A stretch of DNA of 64,000 nucleotides. Source: Nemertoderma westbladi. Its lineage: Eukaryota > Animalia > Xenacoelomorpha. Both the position numbers and the translations under genes were made by a program. Location of the stretch: NCBI GenBank assembly GCA_032718475.1, contig JAUCBJ010008725.1, positions 6,464 through 70,463 on the forward strand, in the 5' to 3' direction. Each line of letters opens with the position of its first letter. The first letter of the stretch is position 1. Positions 14,090 through 25,740 of the stretch are shown here, piece by piece. The notes under the pieces are model-generated. The model ran no database searches. It was not told the DNA's origin and saw only the letters and a list, made by a program, of their open reading frames with translations.

Positions 14090-14946
14090 ATTCCATCTCG
14101 GCGAATTAATATCTCGCCTCAAAGTTAAATTATCAATGAAGGGAAACTTATAATGACACCGTATTCAAACTAACCCACTAACTTAATCTGTAAAACTGCT
14201 TGTAGCTTTGCTAATACTCTTTGTATGTACAGTAGCCCAATACCATAGTGGAGGAGTTACATTCCCATCATAGTTAGCAATGAAGCTAATAATAGCTGAA
14301 TACAATAGGTGACAGACAACACTTCACCTTGTGAAATGGGACAAATCTGGAATGCGGGGTCATGTTCCCACGGAAGTATCTTGCAGTTTATCACTCAATA
14401 GACCGTTGGTACAGTAGCAAAGCTTTTACAAATTGCAAATCAGGGTCGAGGGTTAAAAAACTGCTGTTGATATTAATAATGGAGACATTACAAACTTATG
14501 TAAATTGATACAATATAATAATGCTAGCTTGATCAATAACTTCAGTAATGGGGGCCCTACAAGTAAAATAAAGTTATCCTTGAAACACCGGCATGAATAA
14601 GATGATGAATAATAAGATGATTAATGTTTGCGCCTCTATTAATATTTTCGTTATACTGATTTAAATATTTGAGGCCCTTAATATCTGCGTGCATCAATGT
14701 TTATTTCCCTCACTGAATATGTTTGTGCACTGCATTGAGGCGCACACCACACCACCACTCCCTTTACTGCCTTAAGGAAATATGCATATTATTCATAACA
14801 TATTAAATCGAAGTTCATTTAACCATCTGAATGGTACACATAAAATGCTGCGTCACGCATGTTCTGTACTCCACTGTACTTACTATATCTTTTGAATGAC
14901 TATATTGACTACCATGTAAATAATAGAGCGTTAAACATGATAAAAA

Positions 14947-15306
14947 GGGTGAGTACAAAACAAAGACCCCATTAAGTAACATGCATAATCTTGTAACATG
15001 TATTAAATTTCGTTTATTGTTTTGGTTGCCCCAACACGCTGACATGACTCTGTAACATGCTCCTTTACTAAACTGCACCTTTAAATGGCAATGGGACCTA
15101 ACGCACTTTGGGACCTGTACAAAACAAAGAGGTAAAAGTCGCGTTAGGTCCCAAAGAGCGTTCGGTCTCAAAGAGCGTTGGATCCCATTGCCATTTAAAG
15201 GATCAGGTTACATATGCGTTTTAGGGGAACCAAAACAATAAACGAAAGTTAACACATGTGTTTTGTACATGTCTTTGGGTCCTTGGTTTTTGTTTTGTAC
15301 TCACCC
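14947..15306. mobile_element. Mutator-type MITE, longer palindromic copy of the same family
   Basis: Same TIR GGGTGAGTACAAAACAAA. 9-bp TSD TGATAAAAA/TCATAAAAA with one mismatch. Confidence 0.85.
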
Positions 15307-15751
15307 TCATAAAAACAGTATACCGGTAACATAAAATATCATGGAAATGTAAGAAAAAATTAGACCGTCTGACCGTGACCGGGTTTTAGACATTTTAACT
15401 TTAAGACCGAGACCGGGTTTTAGTCATTAAATTTTATGGACCGCGAGTTTATGGACTGGGTTTTAGGAATTATAGGGACCGGGTTTTAGGAATTTTCACG
15501 TGGACCATGCTAAAATTGGACCGGCCGGGTTTTAGGTTCAGTAGACCGAGACCGGGACTGGACCGGGTTTTAGACAGTCCAATTTTAAAAACGTTACTTT
15601 TTCCGAGAATTTCTTATATAGGAAATATTTTTTGGATTTCCTATTTAGGAGTTTAATTTATTTCCTATTTTAAAAATTTTATGTATATATTTTTCTTAAA
15701 TAAGAAAATATATTTCCAGCAGTTCATTCCAGATACCATGTGCCATGGATA

Positions 15752-16190
15752 CTGGAAACGTTTGAGACCTTCGCGCAGCACTTGGTGTACTGTATCATTG
15801 TGTAACAAACAAGCTGTTGAAACTAAAAGACCTTCGCGCAGCACATGGCGCACTGTAATATTGTATAACAAGCTGTTTGTTGTAACGTTTAATAGACCTC
15901 CGCGCAGCATGTGGCTGCGTGGGGCTGTGCCTGTGGGGTACTGTAACATTGTCTGATTGTGTAACAAACTGTTGAAACGTTTAAGAGACCTTCACGCAGC
16001 ACGTACATGACGTGGCGCACTGTACCATTGTGTAACCATCTGTTGAAACGTTTAAGATACCTTCACGCAGCACTGGGCGCGGGCCCCCCTTAACATTGTG
16101 TAGGCCTAACTATCTGTTGAAACGGTTCAAAGGTCTTCGCGCAGCACATGCACATGAGATACTGAAACAATATATTGACACGATTAAGAC
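15752..16190 (-). repeat. ~60-bp tandem repeat internal to the outer CAG-ended element
   Basis: Reverse complement of the array at 27220-28300, with fewer units. Confidence 0.85.
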
Positions 16191-16194
16191 AGTA

Positions 16195-16540
16195 TATTTA
16201 CCATCATAGCTAACACCCCAATTCATGATATTCACTGATTCAATGGGAGTATTCTTTTTAGGCTCGTTAAGCCAAGGAATGCCTGTTCACCACCACCGAC
16301 TGACCGCTGATATTCCATAGTAAACCTTCCATTATCTGATTATGTTTTCCCAAGTTGCCTTGGTTCTCATTTATCTGTTTATCGACCACGGAAGAATGAA
16401 AGCCAGGGTTGGCCTAGGCTGCAACATTTAACACACTGTACAGTTGTGCTCAAACTAACAGTGCTGCCCCCGTGCCCCATCTAGGGATCGAAGCAGGGCT
16501 TCCAATTGGAAGCCCAGGAATGTCACCAATAGACCAAGCC
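16195..16540 (-). mobile_element. tRNA-derived SINE with Nin/Deu-like central domain, carried inside the outer CAG-ended element
   Basis: Reverse complement of 26866-27216. Minus strand reads CCAACCCTGGCTTTCATTCTTCCGTGGTCGATAAA. Confidence 0.65.
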
Positions 16541-17377
16541 TGCAGCGCTGCAAGCTGCTGCTTGTTCTAGGGTCTAGCTGTGCTTCTACCGTAACCGTAC
16601 AACTGTGGACAGTAGGGCTCGATCGGAGTTGGGATTTGGCCGGAGCCGGAGCAGGAGCCGGAGTTGGACAATTTGGCCGGAGCCGGAGCAGGAGCCGGAG
16701 TTTTTCAAAATTTAAAAAATTTTATTATTTATTTAAAAAAAAATAAAGTATGGTTATCGTTCGCCAATCGCTCATAATCAATCCTACTGTCAGACTGTAG
16801 GTCTAATTAATTTCATAATTTATAGATTTACGAATTTTCAATTTAAAATTTAAGTAATTAATTTATCACGGACAGACTGCAGACGGCCTGACGCTGACGG
16901 CGACGGCCTGACGCTGACGGCAACGGCCTGACGCTGACGGCTAAAAATTACCTACAGCTGTACAGTACCTATCTCACTAACTGTCTAACTGTGGTAGAGG
17001 TGTGTACCGGTACTGTAGGTAGCCTACCGTAAGTGTACCAGTACTGCAGTACAGTATGCTGGCATGACAGCAGTAAATGGCTGCAGTGGTACAGCTGTAC
17101 AGTCTGACAGTGTACAATCATAGCATTTACAATTTTTTACAGTAGGGCCTATCTGTCATCTGTAATAGTCTGCTAGTCCGAGTGCTGCGAGTAGGGCTCA
17201 ACAGAAGCTTCGGCTTCGGTTCGGTTCGGGCCGAAGTTTGGCAATTTCGGTTCGGTTCGGCTTCTGCAATTGATACTGCAGAAGCCCGGAGCAAACTTTG
17301 CTAAATATTCCAAGTAGTACATTGACTGATTGAGCTAAGCCTAAGACCAGAAGACAGTAAGACTACCGGTAATCAAT

Positions 17378-18906
17378 GGTTCCGCGTCGTTGGGTCCTTT
17401 GGTCGTTAGGTCCTGCGTCGTTAGGTCCTGCGTCGTTAGGTCCTGAGGCATTAGGTCCTGCGACATTAGGTCCTGCGTCATTAGGTCCTGTTGTGTCATA
17501 TCGTGCGACGTTAGGTCCTGTGGAGCGTCGTTAGGTCCTGCCTGCCTGCGTCGTTAGGTCCTGTATTGCACTACTGTACAGTGAACAGGCTGACAGCAGG
17601 ACAGGTACCGGGCAATGTCTTCGAGCAATTAAAGACAGATGTACCAGTTGTAGGACCACCCGGCGATATACAATTACGTGTTTTCATTGACTACTTTGTG
17701 TGGTGGCTGCGCCCTGATATGTTAGAAATATGGAACCATTACGACAATAATGGACCACGAACGACCAACCATGCGGAAGGTTATCATAGTGCTCTGCGAA
17801 CGCATTTCCATCACAAACATCCTGATTTAGGGGAGCTCCTGTTTGTTGTTCAACAACTTATTCACAACTGCGCAATTCGGGGACGTAAATTATTGGTTGA
17901 CACAGCTGTAGCCCAACCAAAGCGACCAAGTTATCTACGAATTGATCGCGAAATAAAGTTGGCGAGGGATGATCTTGCTTCTAAATTGGACCACATGGCA
18001 GACAACATTATTCCAATCCTAATACCCCAGCTACTGTATCCATACCTTGATCGAATGGAAAAGTTAGTCGCAGGGAAATCATTGCTGTAAGGATCCAGTT
18101 CTTATTGTTGGATTACTACTTAACCGTGAACTTGAAAGAACTACTTAACTGAGATATTTTTGTATACCGGTACCATTCAAAATCGTTCTAATTTTTACTT
18201 TAATCAGTTATTCATTCTTTATAGTGTTGTGTTTGTGTTATCATATTTTAATGTTGTTGAACATATGTGAAAATATGTGTTAGTAATGTTGAAGATAAAA
18301 GTAGTGCGGCTATTTGAATCAAGTTTTGAGTGGGCGTTTATTTGGGAGCGGGAGGGAGGGGGAACTTTTTTCTATTTATGTGAACTATTTTTGTAGGTCG
18401 TATGAGCAGTGCTCATGGGAACTGTGCTAGTCAATTGGTTTAGGAGAATGGTTTAGGGACGCAGTACTCGTCACCATAGAACATTACAAGCCTCGTTGCG
18501 CTCGTCCTGTTTTATCCGAAAATATATTTCATAACGTAGACTGACGATGAACTGAAGATGACACTGTCGTCACCATAGAACATTACAAGCCTCGTTGCGC
18601 TCGACCTGTTTTAGTCGAAAATATTTCTCATAACGTTAACTTTATAACTATGAAAAATGACAAAATTAAAAATTAAAAAAACTGAAAAATCTGGAAACCC
18701 CCCAATCGCCAAAGCCGCAGAGGACCTAATGACGCAGGACCTAACGACCAAAGGACCTAATGACGCTATTATAGAAGACCTAATGTCGCAGGACCTAATG
18801 ACGCAGGACTTAACGCCGCAGGACCTAATGCCGCAGGACCTAACGACCACTCACAGGACCTAATGACGCGGGACCTAACGACCAAAGGACCTAATGACGC
18901 GTTACC
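17378..18906 (+). mobile_element. Internally deleted Mutator (MULE) element
   Basis: GG-ended TIRs built from 15-bp repeats (GCGTCGTTAGGTCCT). TSD TAATCAAT at 17370-17377 and 18907-18914. Contains a transposase fragment. Confidence 0.88.
17566..18090 (+). pseudogene. MULE transposase C-terminal fragment
   Basis: FIDYF...WNHYDNNGPRTTNHAEGYHSAL...HP matches the MULE W-N...RTNN-x-x-E-x-x-H motif. The N-terminal catalytic aspartates are missing. Confidence 0.8.
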
Positions 18907-18950
18907 TAATCAATCTGTCCATCGTTGTACTAATTACAGAATTAATTTTG

Positions 18951-20114
18951 GGGTGTAAACGTTAAGCAGACACTGGTGCAGAGCTGACAGTGGTGCAGGC
19001 AGTGGTGCAGACAGTGATGCAGGCAGTGGTGCAGACACCTGGTGCAGACAGTGGTGCAGTCGTGTAGACACTGGTGCAGACAGTGGTGCAGTCAGTGGTG
19101 CAGACAGTTGTGCAGACATTGGTGCAGACAGTGGTGCAGACACTGGTGCAGACAGTGGTGCAGACACTGGTGCAGACACCTGGTGCAGACAGTGGTGCAG
19201 ACAGTGGTGCAGACAGTCTGACAGTGGGGCAGACACTGGTGCAGGCAGTGGTGCAAACAGTGGTGCAGGCAGTGGTGCAGACACTGGTGCAGACAGTGGT
19301 GCAGACACTGGTGCAGACAGTGGTGCAGACTGTGGTGCAGACAGTGGTGCAGACACTGGTACAGACAGTGGTGCAGTGGTGCAGACACCTGGTACAGACA
19401 GTGGTGCAGACACCTGGTACAGACAGTAGTGCAGACACTGGTGCAGGCAGTGGTGTATACAGTGGTGCAGATACTGGTGCAGACAGTGGTGCAGACACTG
19501 GTGCAGACACTGGTGCAGACAGTGGTGCAGGCAGTGGTGCAGACACTGGTGCAGACAGAAAAGGGTCGAGCAGGTTAGTAAAGGAGCAGTTTAGTAATGG
19601 AGCAGGTTTCAGGGGAGTATTGGGGGTACCAAAACAATAAACGTTATTGTTTTGCGGGCTAAGAATACCCAAGGGCCAAGAATACCCAAGGGGTGAAATG
19701 TTTTCTGGTTTTTTGCTTTATGTTCAAGAAAGACCCAACTTTTACATTGTGAAATAAAATTATGCGGTATTTTTTTCCTGAAACAAGTTATTGCATATTA
19801 TATCGAAAAAATATCCAAAAAAGGCCCAAAAACCCCTAAATAAGAGCCATTTCCTTAAATAAGAACCCACTTTTGGAGCTTATTTAAGGGTATGTTCCCT
19901 ACTGTATAGTGCCTGGTGGTATTGTGTTTTGTGGTACTCTGGTATTTCAGTATTTTCACCAGGGTTTGCACCACTTTCTACACCACTATCTGCACCAGTC
20001 TGCCAGTGTCTGCACCAGTGTCTGCACCACTGTCTGCACACTGCACCACTGTCTGCACCACTGTCTGCACGCCGCACCACTGTCTGCACCACTGTCTGCT
20101 TAACGTTTACACCC
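18951..20114. mobile_element. Mutator-type foldback MITE with 12-bp minisatellite arms (TGGTGCAGACAG)
   Basis: TIR GGGTGTAAACGTTAAGCAGACA. 9-bp TSD TTAATTTTG at 18942-18950 and 20115-20123. Left array ~590 bp, right inverted array ~130 bp. Confidence 0.92.
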
Positions 20115-20894
20115 TTAATTTTGGACTGAACTTCCATTTAAATGGCATTATTTTTTTAATTGTTTCCAGTTTACTTGGGTAGTTTCAAAATTAGCTTAAT
20201 TATACAGTAGTTTAGGTTAGGCTAAATATTGCTAAATATTATTTACTTTGTAGTACCTACTGTATTTTTTAATTAATCATAACTTTGATACATAATACCA
20301 AATATACCTACTGCTACTACCTCATATAAATAGTGTTACAAAGACTACCGGTACGGCGGTACCTGTACTTTTAGTGAGGTTTTCTAAATTTGATGTCACT
20401 ACTGTACGGCTTACTACGGGTGAAAATGTGGTGCATACAGTAAGTATACAGTAGTTTAGGTTAGTAATGTACAGTAATGTAAATATTGCCATTTTATTTT
20501 GTAGTACTTATTTTTTTAATTAATCATAGCTTTCTTGCTAAGTCCGCAGACCAAATAGGTCCCAGTCTGCCTCTGCCACTGCCAGTCAGCCAGTATAGTC
20601 TGATAGTGACGTAAATACGAATTTATGACCATAACTTGCTAACTTTTTGAACTTCGGTTCGGATTCGGTTCGGTTCGGCCCGAAGTTGGCCCTGCTTCGG
20701 TTCGGTTCGGTTCGGCCCCATAAAGTGCCTTCTGTTGAACCCTAGCTGCGAGTCGTCTACGTAATCAAGTCGATGCACTCCAACGCAAGTGCATCAGGTT
20801 CTGCCTGGGACTTGACTCTCGAGCGCATATTGGTGCTGCCCATTTTGTAGATATAAACTGGCTTCCAATTACCGAACGTACCCACCAGATAATA

Positions 20895-21195
20895 TATTGG
20901 GATCGGAAATAAATGAATACCAGCTGCATCAGTTTATTAATGGTCGACATACAGAACAGCATATCAAACAATAATAAGAACCAACAGACCAACGAACACA
21001 CCCACCACCTTACAGCACATCAGTACAGCAGTACAGTAGGTACGGGTAACGGTTACTGTACCTACAGACCTAGAAGATAGGAAAGACTGAATACCGGAAT
21101 ACCAGAAGAGGACCGGTAGGTAAAAGACCAGTAGGTTGGATCTAACCACCACCAAGCCAGGGTCTACTAGAACCCTAACAATACATAATCTAACA
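20895..21195 (-). repeat. 3' LTR
   Basis: Direct repeat of 25440-25740. Minus strand reads TGTTAG...CCCAATA. Confidence 0.95.
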
Positions 21196-21264
21196 TCTCC
21201 CCCAAGAACAATGTAGGATACATTTGTACTGAAAACAAAATCCAACCACCACCAATAGGTCAGT

Positions 21265-24200
21265 TCATTGAACTCCGAATCTTGCTGGTTGCTTGTGAGT
21301 TCTCGAACTGCGCCTGGGAAGATCATCAGCGAACTGTACATGTTTTTGAGGCGTTATATCACGAAGAGAAGAGTCATCTGGGATGGAACGTAGATAACGA
21401 CGATTTCTCCAATACACCCGACCATTGTCTAGTTCTATCCGGTAATCTCGCCTAGTACCACGGGAAAGGACGATACCAGATTTGTTCCATAGTTTGGAAT
21501 GTGCACTCTGGATGCAAACTCGGGATCCAATAGGAATCGGGGTTAAGTCGTGAGCATGATCATTATAATATGATTCAGTTGCTGAAGACGTTGAAGGACC
21601 AGGGATAGGGAATGAATCACCTGCCAGTGTGGATGAATGAGCTGGTATAGTAGAACGGAGGGATCTACCGAACAACAGTTGAGCTGGAGACATACCATGT
21701 TCTTTAGGAGTATTTCTCCATTCCAGCAAACCACGAACAAAGCAAGTAGAGTTTAGATCTCCTTTGACATCTAACTTTTTTATCAATGATTTCATGGCCT
21801 TTACAGCCCCCTCTGCATGGCCATTAGACTGAGGATACTCAGGAGTAGAATACTCAGGGATGATATTCCATTCGGATAAGAAATCATGATAACGTGCTGA
21901 ATTAAATTGTGTACCACCATCAGAACGAAGGCGTTTTGGAATACCGAAATCTTTGAACCATCCTCGAAGAGCTGAAATAACTTGAGAGCTGGAAGGATCG
22001 GCACGCCAAGAATGAACGCATGGCCACCCAGAATATCTATCGACATAAACCAGGTATGACCAGGTGCTGAAGTAGAAAAGATCAGCAGAGCAATCCTCCA
22101 TTGGAAGACATGGATGAGGGTCGCTTTGGAGAGACTCTTTAGGTAAACTTGGTTGATAAAGTTGACACTGGGGACAAGAATTGACCATGTTTGTAATATC
22201 GCTATTGATACCAGGCCAGAATACAGTTTGCCTAGCTCTCCTCTTAGAACGTTCAATGCCCTGATGAGCATCATGAAGGTGCTTCAGGACATTCTTGCGG
22301 AGGGAAGATGGAATTACAATCCGGGAACCTAATAAAAGAAGATTATCTTCACAAGATAACTGATGTCGCACATTCCAGAATGGGCGTATGTGCACAGAAC
22401 ATTGTGTGGATGTTGAGGGAAATCCAGAAATAACAGCATCCACCAAAGCCATGTAAGAAATATCATCCTTTGCAGATGATCGGATAGACTCAATATATGA
22501 ATCCTTGAGATGACTTGGAGCATCAGAGACAACAATTGAGGTAGACACGTGACGAATGACTGCAGAAACATGGTCATTGACATCTGTATCACAAAGAATA
22601 TCCTCTGGAGTAGTATCCGAAACAGGGGCACGGGAAAGTGTGTCTGGAATCGAATCGATATCGGAAGTGATATCGGAAGTGATATCGGAAGTGATATCGG
22701 AAGTGATATCGGAAGTGATATCAGAAGTGATATTGGAAGTGATATCGGAAGTGATATTGGAAGTGATATCGGAAGTGATATCGGAAGTGATATCGGAAAT
22801 GATATCAGAAGTGATATCAGAAGTGATATCGGAAGTGATATCGGAAATGATATCGGAAGTGATATCAGAAGTGATATCGGAAGTGATATCGGAAATGATA
22901 TCGGAAGTGATATCAGAAGTGATATCGGAAGTGATATCGGAAGTGATATCGGAAATGATATCGGAAGTGATATCAGAAGTGATATCGGAAGTGATATCAG
23001 AAGTGATATTGGAAGTGATATCGGAAGTGATATCGGAAATGATATCAGAAGTGATATCAGAAGTGATATCGGAAGTGATATCGGAAGGATGGACCCAATC
23101 AGTTGGTTCGTTATCCAGAACTGGACAAATAATACCTTGTTCAACCATTTTCTCTAAGCGAGCTTTAGCCCAGTCTCTAATGGCTAAAGGAAGTTGCCTG
23201 GCTGTATGAATAGCATATGGTTGGGCATCATCTTTTAATGAAATGGTCATGGGTGGGCCATTCATTGGACGAAGTTTGTCATCTTGGTCAAAAACATCAG
23301 AATAAGCCTTTATGAGTTTCTGCTTAACAATATCCCATTCTGAAGGCGAAGGTTCATCAGAAAGATGGAAGTCAACCTTGAATGATGTTGTTGGAATTGA
23401 GTTTTTAATACCAATAGGTGACATATTAGAAGAATTAGAAGAAGCAACAGACTGAATTTCTGCCACTGGTTCTGGATATGAACTTGAAATAATTCCTAGG
23501 TTTTGACAAGTATACCATGCCAAAAGAATTCCATCGACTTCTTCACAAATGCAGATAAGCTCATCAGTTGAATATTCGCCATAGGAAATTGAGGTGTGGA
23601 GGAGACCAATGCATGAAAGAAGACTACCATTAGCAGCAGAAAGATCATCATCGTCTGGTGGAAGTAAATTTTCTTTGTCAATAGAAAGGGCCTGAAGAAA
23701 ATCTAAGCCGGCAACAGTGGCCTCAGCACCAGTATCTGGAGTTGCTTTGAGAGAACCGAATAAATGTCCTGTTGCGATATGACAGAAGTTCAGAAATACT
23801 TTCGGAGCTTGTCGATTATGGCTTCCAACCAAATTGAGGGTGATGCGGCTAATGGGTTTTGTCTTAGGTTTTGAAGATGAATTCGAATTATTTTGTTTAG
23901 ACCGACAAACATTGGCAAAGTGGCCTTCCTTGCCACAATAAGAACAATCTTTGTTCCTTGCTGGACAGTCAGCGCGTTTATGGTCTGTTTTACCACAACC
24001 ATAACAAACTATAGGGCCAGTAGTTGAAGAATTGTTTCTGGAATTTGATTTAGAAGAATTGTTGCGCCTGGAATTATAAGGCTTTTTGTTGTGAAAACGA
24101 GATTGTCGAGAAGCTTGGTTGATTGAAGGGTTTTTTAAATCCTGAACTCCAGCTTGGGCTGATTCCTCAGACCTACAAAGATTTACAGCATCTTCAAGCG

Positions 24201-24909
24201 AAGGAAATGGAGTCAATGCAAGAAGTTTAGATCTGGTGTCCTCGCAAGAAATACCAGACATAATTCGAGTAGTCAACCGCCGATCGAAACAATGACGACA
24301 TAGATCAGCATCTCGAGCAAGATCTTTAATAGCAACCAGGTAGCTATCAAAATTTTCACTTTGACGTTGTTTCCTATTATCAAACTGAACACAATCAAGG
24401 GCTATATTCCGTTTACCACGAAAATAACTTTGAATACAATCTATTAACACCTGAACTGTTAAAGGATTATCATGTGTGTCAGGAGGAATGTCAATAACTT
24501 GTTCCAGTGTAGAGCGCATACCTATAGAAAGGTAACTCCTGAAAATACAGATTTGCCTATCCCTAGCCATTCTATCCATCTGAAATGCAGAATAATAATC
24601 TGCCCAAACCGACTTCCAAGTTTCAAATTTTGCTAAACTGAAATCCGGTTCTAAAGCAATTGGTGCTTTAATTTGAAGATTACGAGGGGTTGAGTCAGCC
24701 TGATGAACTACAGGTTGATGTGGTTGACCAAGTAATTGTTGAAATTGATGGGCATTTTGGGCTTGGGATTGTGCTAAGGAATCAGCCAAATCGCGTTGTG
24801 ATTTAACTAAAGCATGTAGAAGAGCTGAGGTGGGATCAGGATTACCACGACCAGCCAACTGTTCTCTTAAAACCTCCAGTTCGGTTTCGAGTTCAGCTTT
24901 AGTAGGCAT
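21265..24909 (-). CDS. Gag-protease-(SDIT)n-integrase polyprotein, 1214 aa
   Basis: Two CCHC knuckles (CYGCGKTDHKRADC, CSYCGKEGHFANVC). Protease DTGA. RT leader ends at PTDWVHP. RNase H tail IPDTLSR. Integrase HHCC (HDAHQG...CPQC) and D-D-E (SADLF, RSDGG, GHAEGAVK). No YxDD motif. Confidence 0.92.
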   Translation of the reverse strand: MPTKAELETELEVLREQLAGRGNPDPTSALLHALVKSQRDLADSLAQSQAQNAHQFQQLLGQPHQPVVHQADSTPRNLQIKAPIALEPDFSLAKFETWKSVWADYYSAFQMDRMARDRQICIFRSYLSIGMRSTLEQVIDIPPDTHDNPLTVQVLIDCIQSYFRGKRNIALDCVQFDNRKQRQSENFDSYLVAIKDLARDADLCRHCFDRRLTTRIMSGISCEDTRSKLLALTPFPSLEDAVNLCRSEESAQAGVQDLKNPSINQASRQSRFHNKKPYNSRRNNSSKSNSRNNSSTTGPIVCYGCGKTDHKRADCPARNKDCSYCGKEGHFANVCRSKQNNSNSSSKPKTKPISRITLNLVGSHNRQAPKVFLNFCHIATGHLFGSLKATPDTGAEATVAGLDFLQALSIDKENLLPPDDDDLSAANGSLLSCIGLLHTSISYGEYSTDELICICEEVDGILLAWYTCQNLGIISSSYPEPVAEIQSVASSNSSNMSPIGIKNSIPTTSFKVDFHLSDEPSPSEWDIVKQKLIKAYSDVFDQDDKLRPMNGPPMTISLKDDAQPYAIHTARQLPLAIRDWAKARLEKMVEQGIICPVLDNEPTDWVHPSDITSDITSDITSDIISDITSDITSNITSDITSDITSDITSDIISDITSDITSDITSDITSDIISDITSDITSDITSDIISDITSDITSDITSDIISDITSDITSDITSNITSDITSNITSDITSDITSDITSDITSDITSDIDSIPDTLSRAPVSDTTPEDILCDTDVNDHVSAVIRHVSTSIVVSDAPSHLKDSYIESIRSSAKDDISYMALVDAVISGFPSTSTQCSVHIRPFWNVRHQLSCEDNLLLLGSRIVIPSSLRKNVLKHLHDAHQGIERSKRRARQTVFWPGINSDITNMVNSCPQCQLYQPSLPKESLQSDPHPCLPMEDCSADLFYFSTWSYLVYVDRYSGWPCVHSWRADPSSSQVISALRGWFKDFGIPKRLRSDGGTQFNSARYHDFLSEWNIIPEYSTPEYPQSNGHAEGAVKAMKSLIKKLDVKGDLNSTCFVRGLLEWRNTPKEHGMSPAQLLFGRSLRSTIPAHSSTLAGDSFPIPGPSTSSATESYYNDHAHDLTPIPIGSRVCIQSAHSKLWNKSGIVLSRGTRRDYRIELDNGRVYWRNRRYLRSIPDDSSLRDITPQKHVQFADDLPRRSSRTHKQPARFGVQ
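22657..23087. repeat. 12-bp minisatellite (GATATCGGAAGT), ~36 copies, in frame in pol
   Basis: Direct inspection. Variant units GATATCAGAAGT, GATATTGGAAGT and GATATCGGAAAT. Confidence 0.97.
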
Positions 24910-25439
24910 ATCTGACTGTTGAATATTAGAGAAATTTCAGGAAATTAAATATCCGAAAAAATTTGCAAAATCCGAAAAGAAAAAATTTTGCAAAAATGTG
25001 CAAAACTTTTGCATGCAAATCAGCCAAAATCTGTAGTTATCGAATACTGGCAGACTGGAATACCGCCTGACTGCTGAATGTGAATAGGTACCGGTAGTTT
25101 CTAATTAGGCTAGCGGGCGTCGCTGCCTACCCCTCACGGCCCCCGGACAGTGCAAGGTCCTCAGCGCCGATGTACCGTCGTCGCTGTGTTTTTCGCCAAC
25201 GATGTAGCTACACAACGACAACGATAACCGCGAGCCACTCCACTGTCCGTCCCAAGGGCTTAGTTTAGAAGAGTACTGGAGTAGGTACACCACCGGAAGT
25301 ATAGGTAGGTAGCTAGGCCTAGATCAGAATCAGTAGAGGCGACCGGTAGAATAATATTGAATTATCTGACCTGCTGAATGCGCTGGAATGTCCACCATTT
25401 GAATAGGGTTGTAGGAACATCAAGTACATCACTGCGCCA

Positions 25440-25740
25440 TATTGGGATCGGAAATAAATGAATACCAGCTGCATCAGTTTATTAATGGTCGACATACAGA
25501 ACAGCATATCAAACAATAATAAGAACCAACAGACCAACGAACACACCCACCACCTTACAGCACATCAGTACAGCAGTACAGTAGGTACCGGTAACGGTTA
25601 CTGTACCTACAGACCTAGAAGATAGGAAAGACTGAATACCGGAATACCAGAAGAGGACCGGTAGGTAAAAGACCAGTAGGTTGGATCTAACCACCACCAA
25701 GCCAGGGTCTACTAGAACCCTAACAATACATAATCTAACA
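25440..25740 (-). repeat. 5' LTR
   Basis: Direct repeat of 20895-21195, followed on the minus strand by the PBS. Confidence 0.95.

Larger units (their letters stand above)
13428..15580. mobile_element. Degenerate non-autonomous TIR element (Mutator-like) with AAAACCCGGTCC subterminal repeats
   Basis: ~13455-13575 is the reverse complement of ~15377-15496. Possible partial TSD AATTTTA at 13421 and 15581. Left end is eroded. Confidence 0.6.
17192..20744. mobile_element. hAT-type MITE with nested insertions
   Basis: TIR TAGGG(C/T)TCAACAGAAG. TTCGG subterminal repeats. 8-bp TSD GCTGCGAG at 17184-17191 and 20745-20752. Confidence 0.92.
20895..25740 (-). mobile_element. Gypsy (Mag-like) LTR retrotransposon lacking RT/RNase H
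   Basis: 301-bp LTRs at 20895-21195 and 25440-25740, with one difference seen by eye. 5-bp TSD TAATA. PBS-like TGGCGCAGT (25431-25439, minus strand). PPT GGGGGAGA adjoining the 3' LTR. Confidence 0.95.

Noticed and set aside
18934-20182. Antifreeze- or mucin-like ORFs (CTTV, SAPL)
   Set aside because: Translations of the 12-bp arms of a TIR element with a 9-bp TSD.
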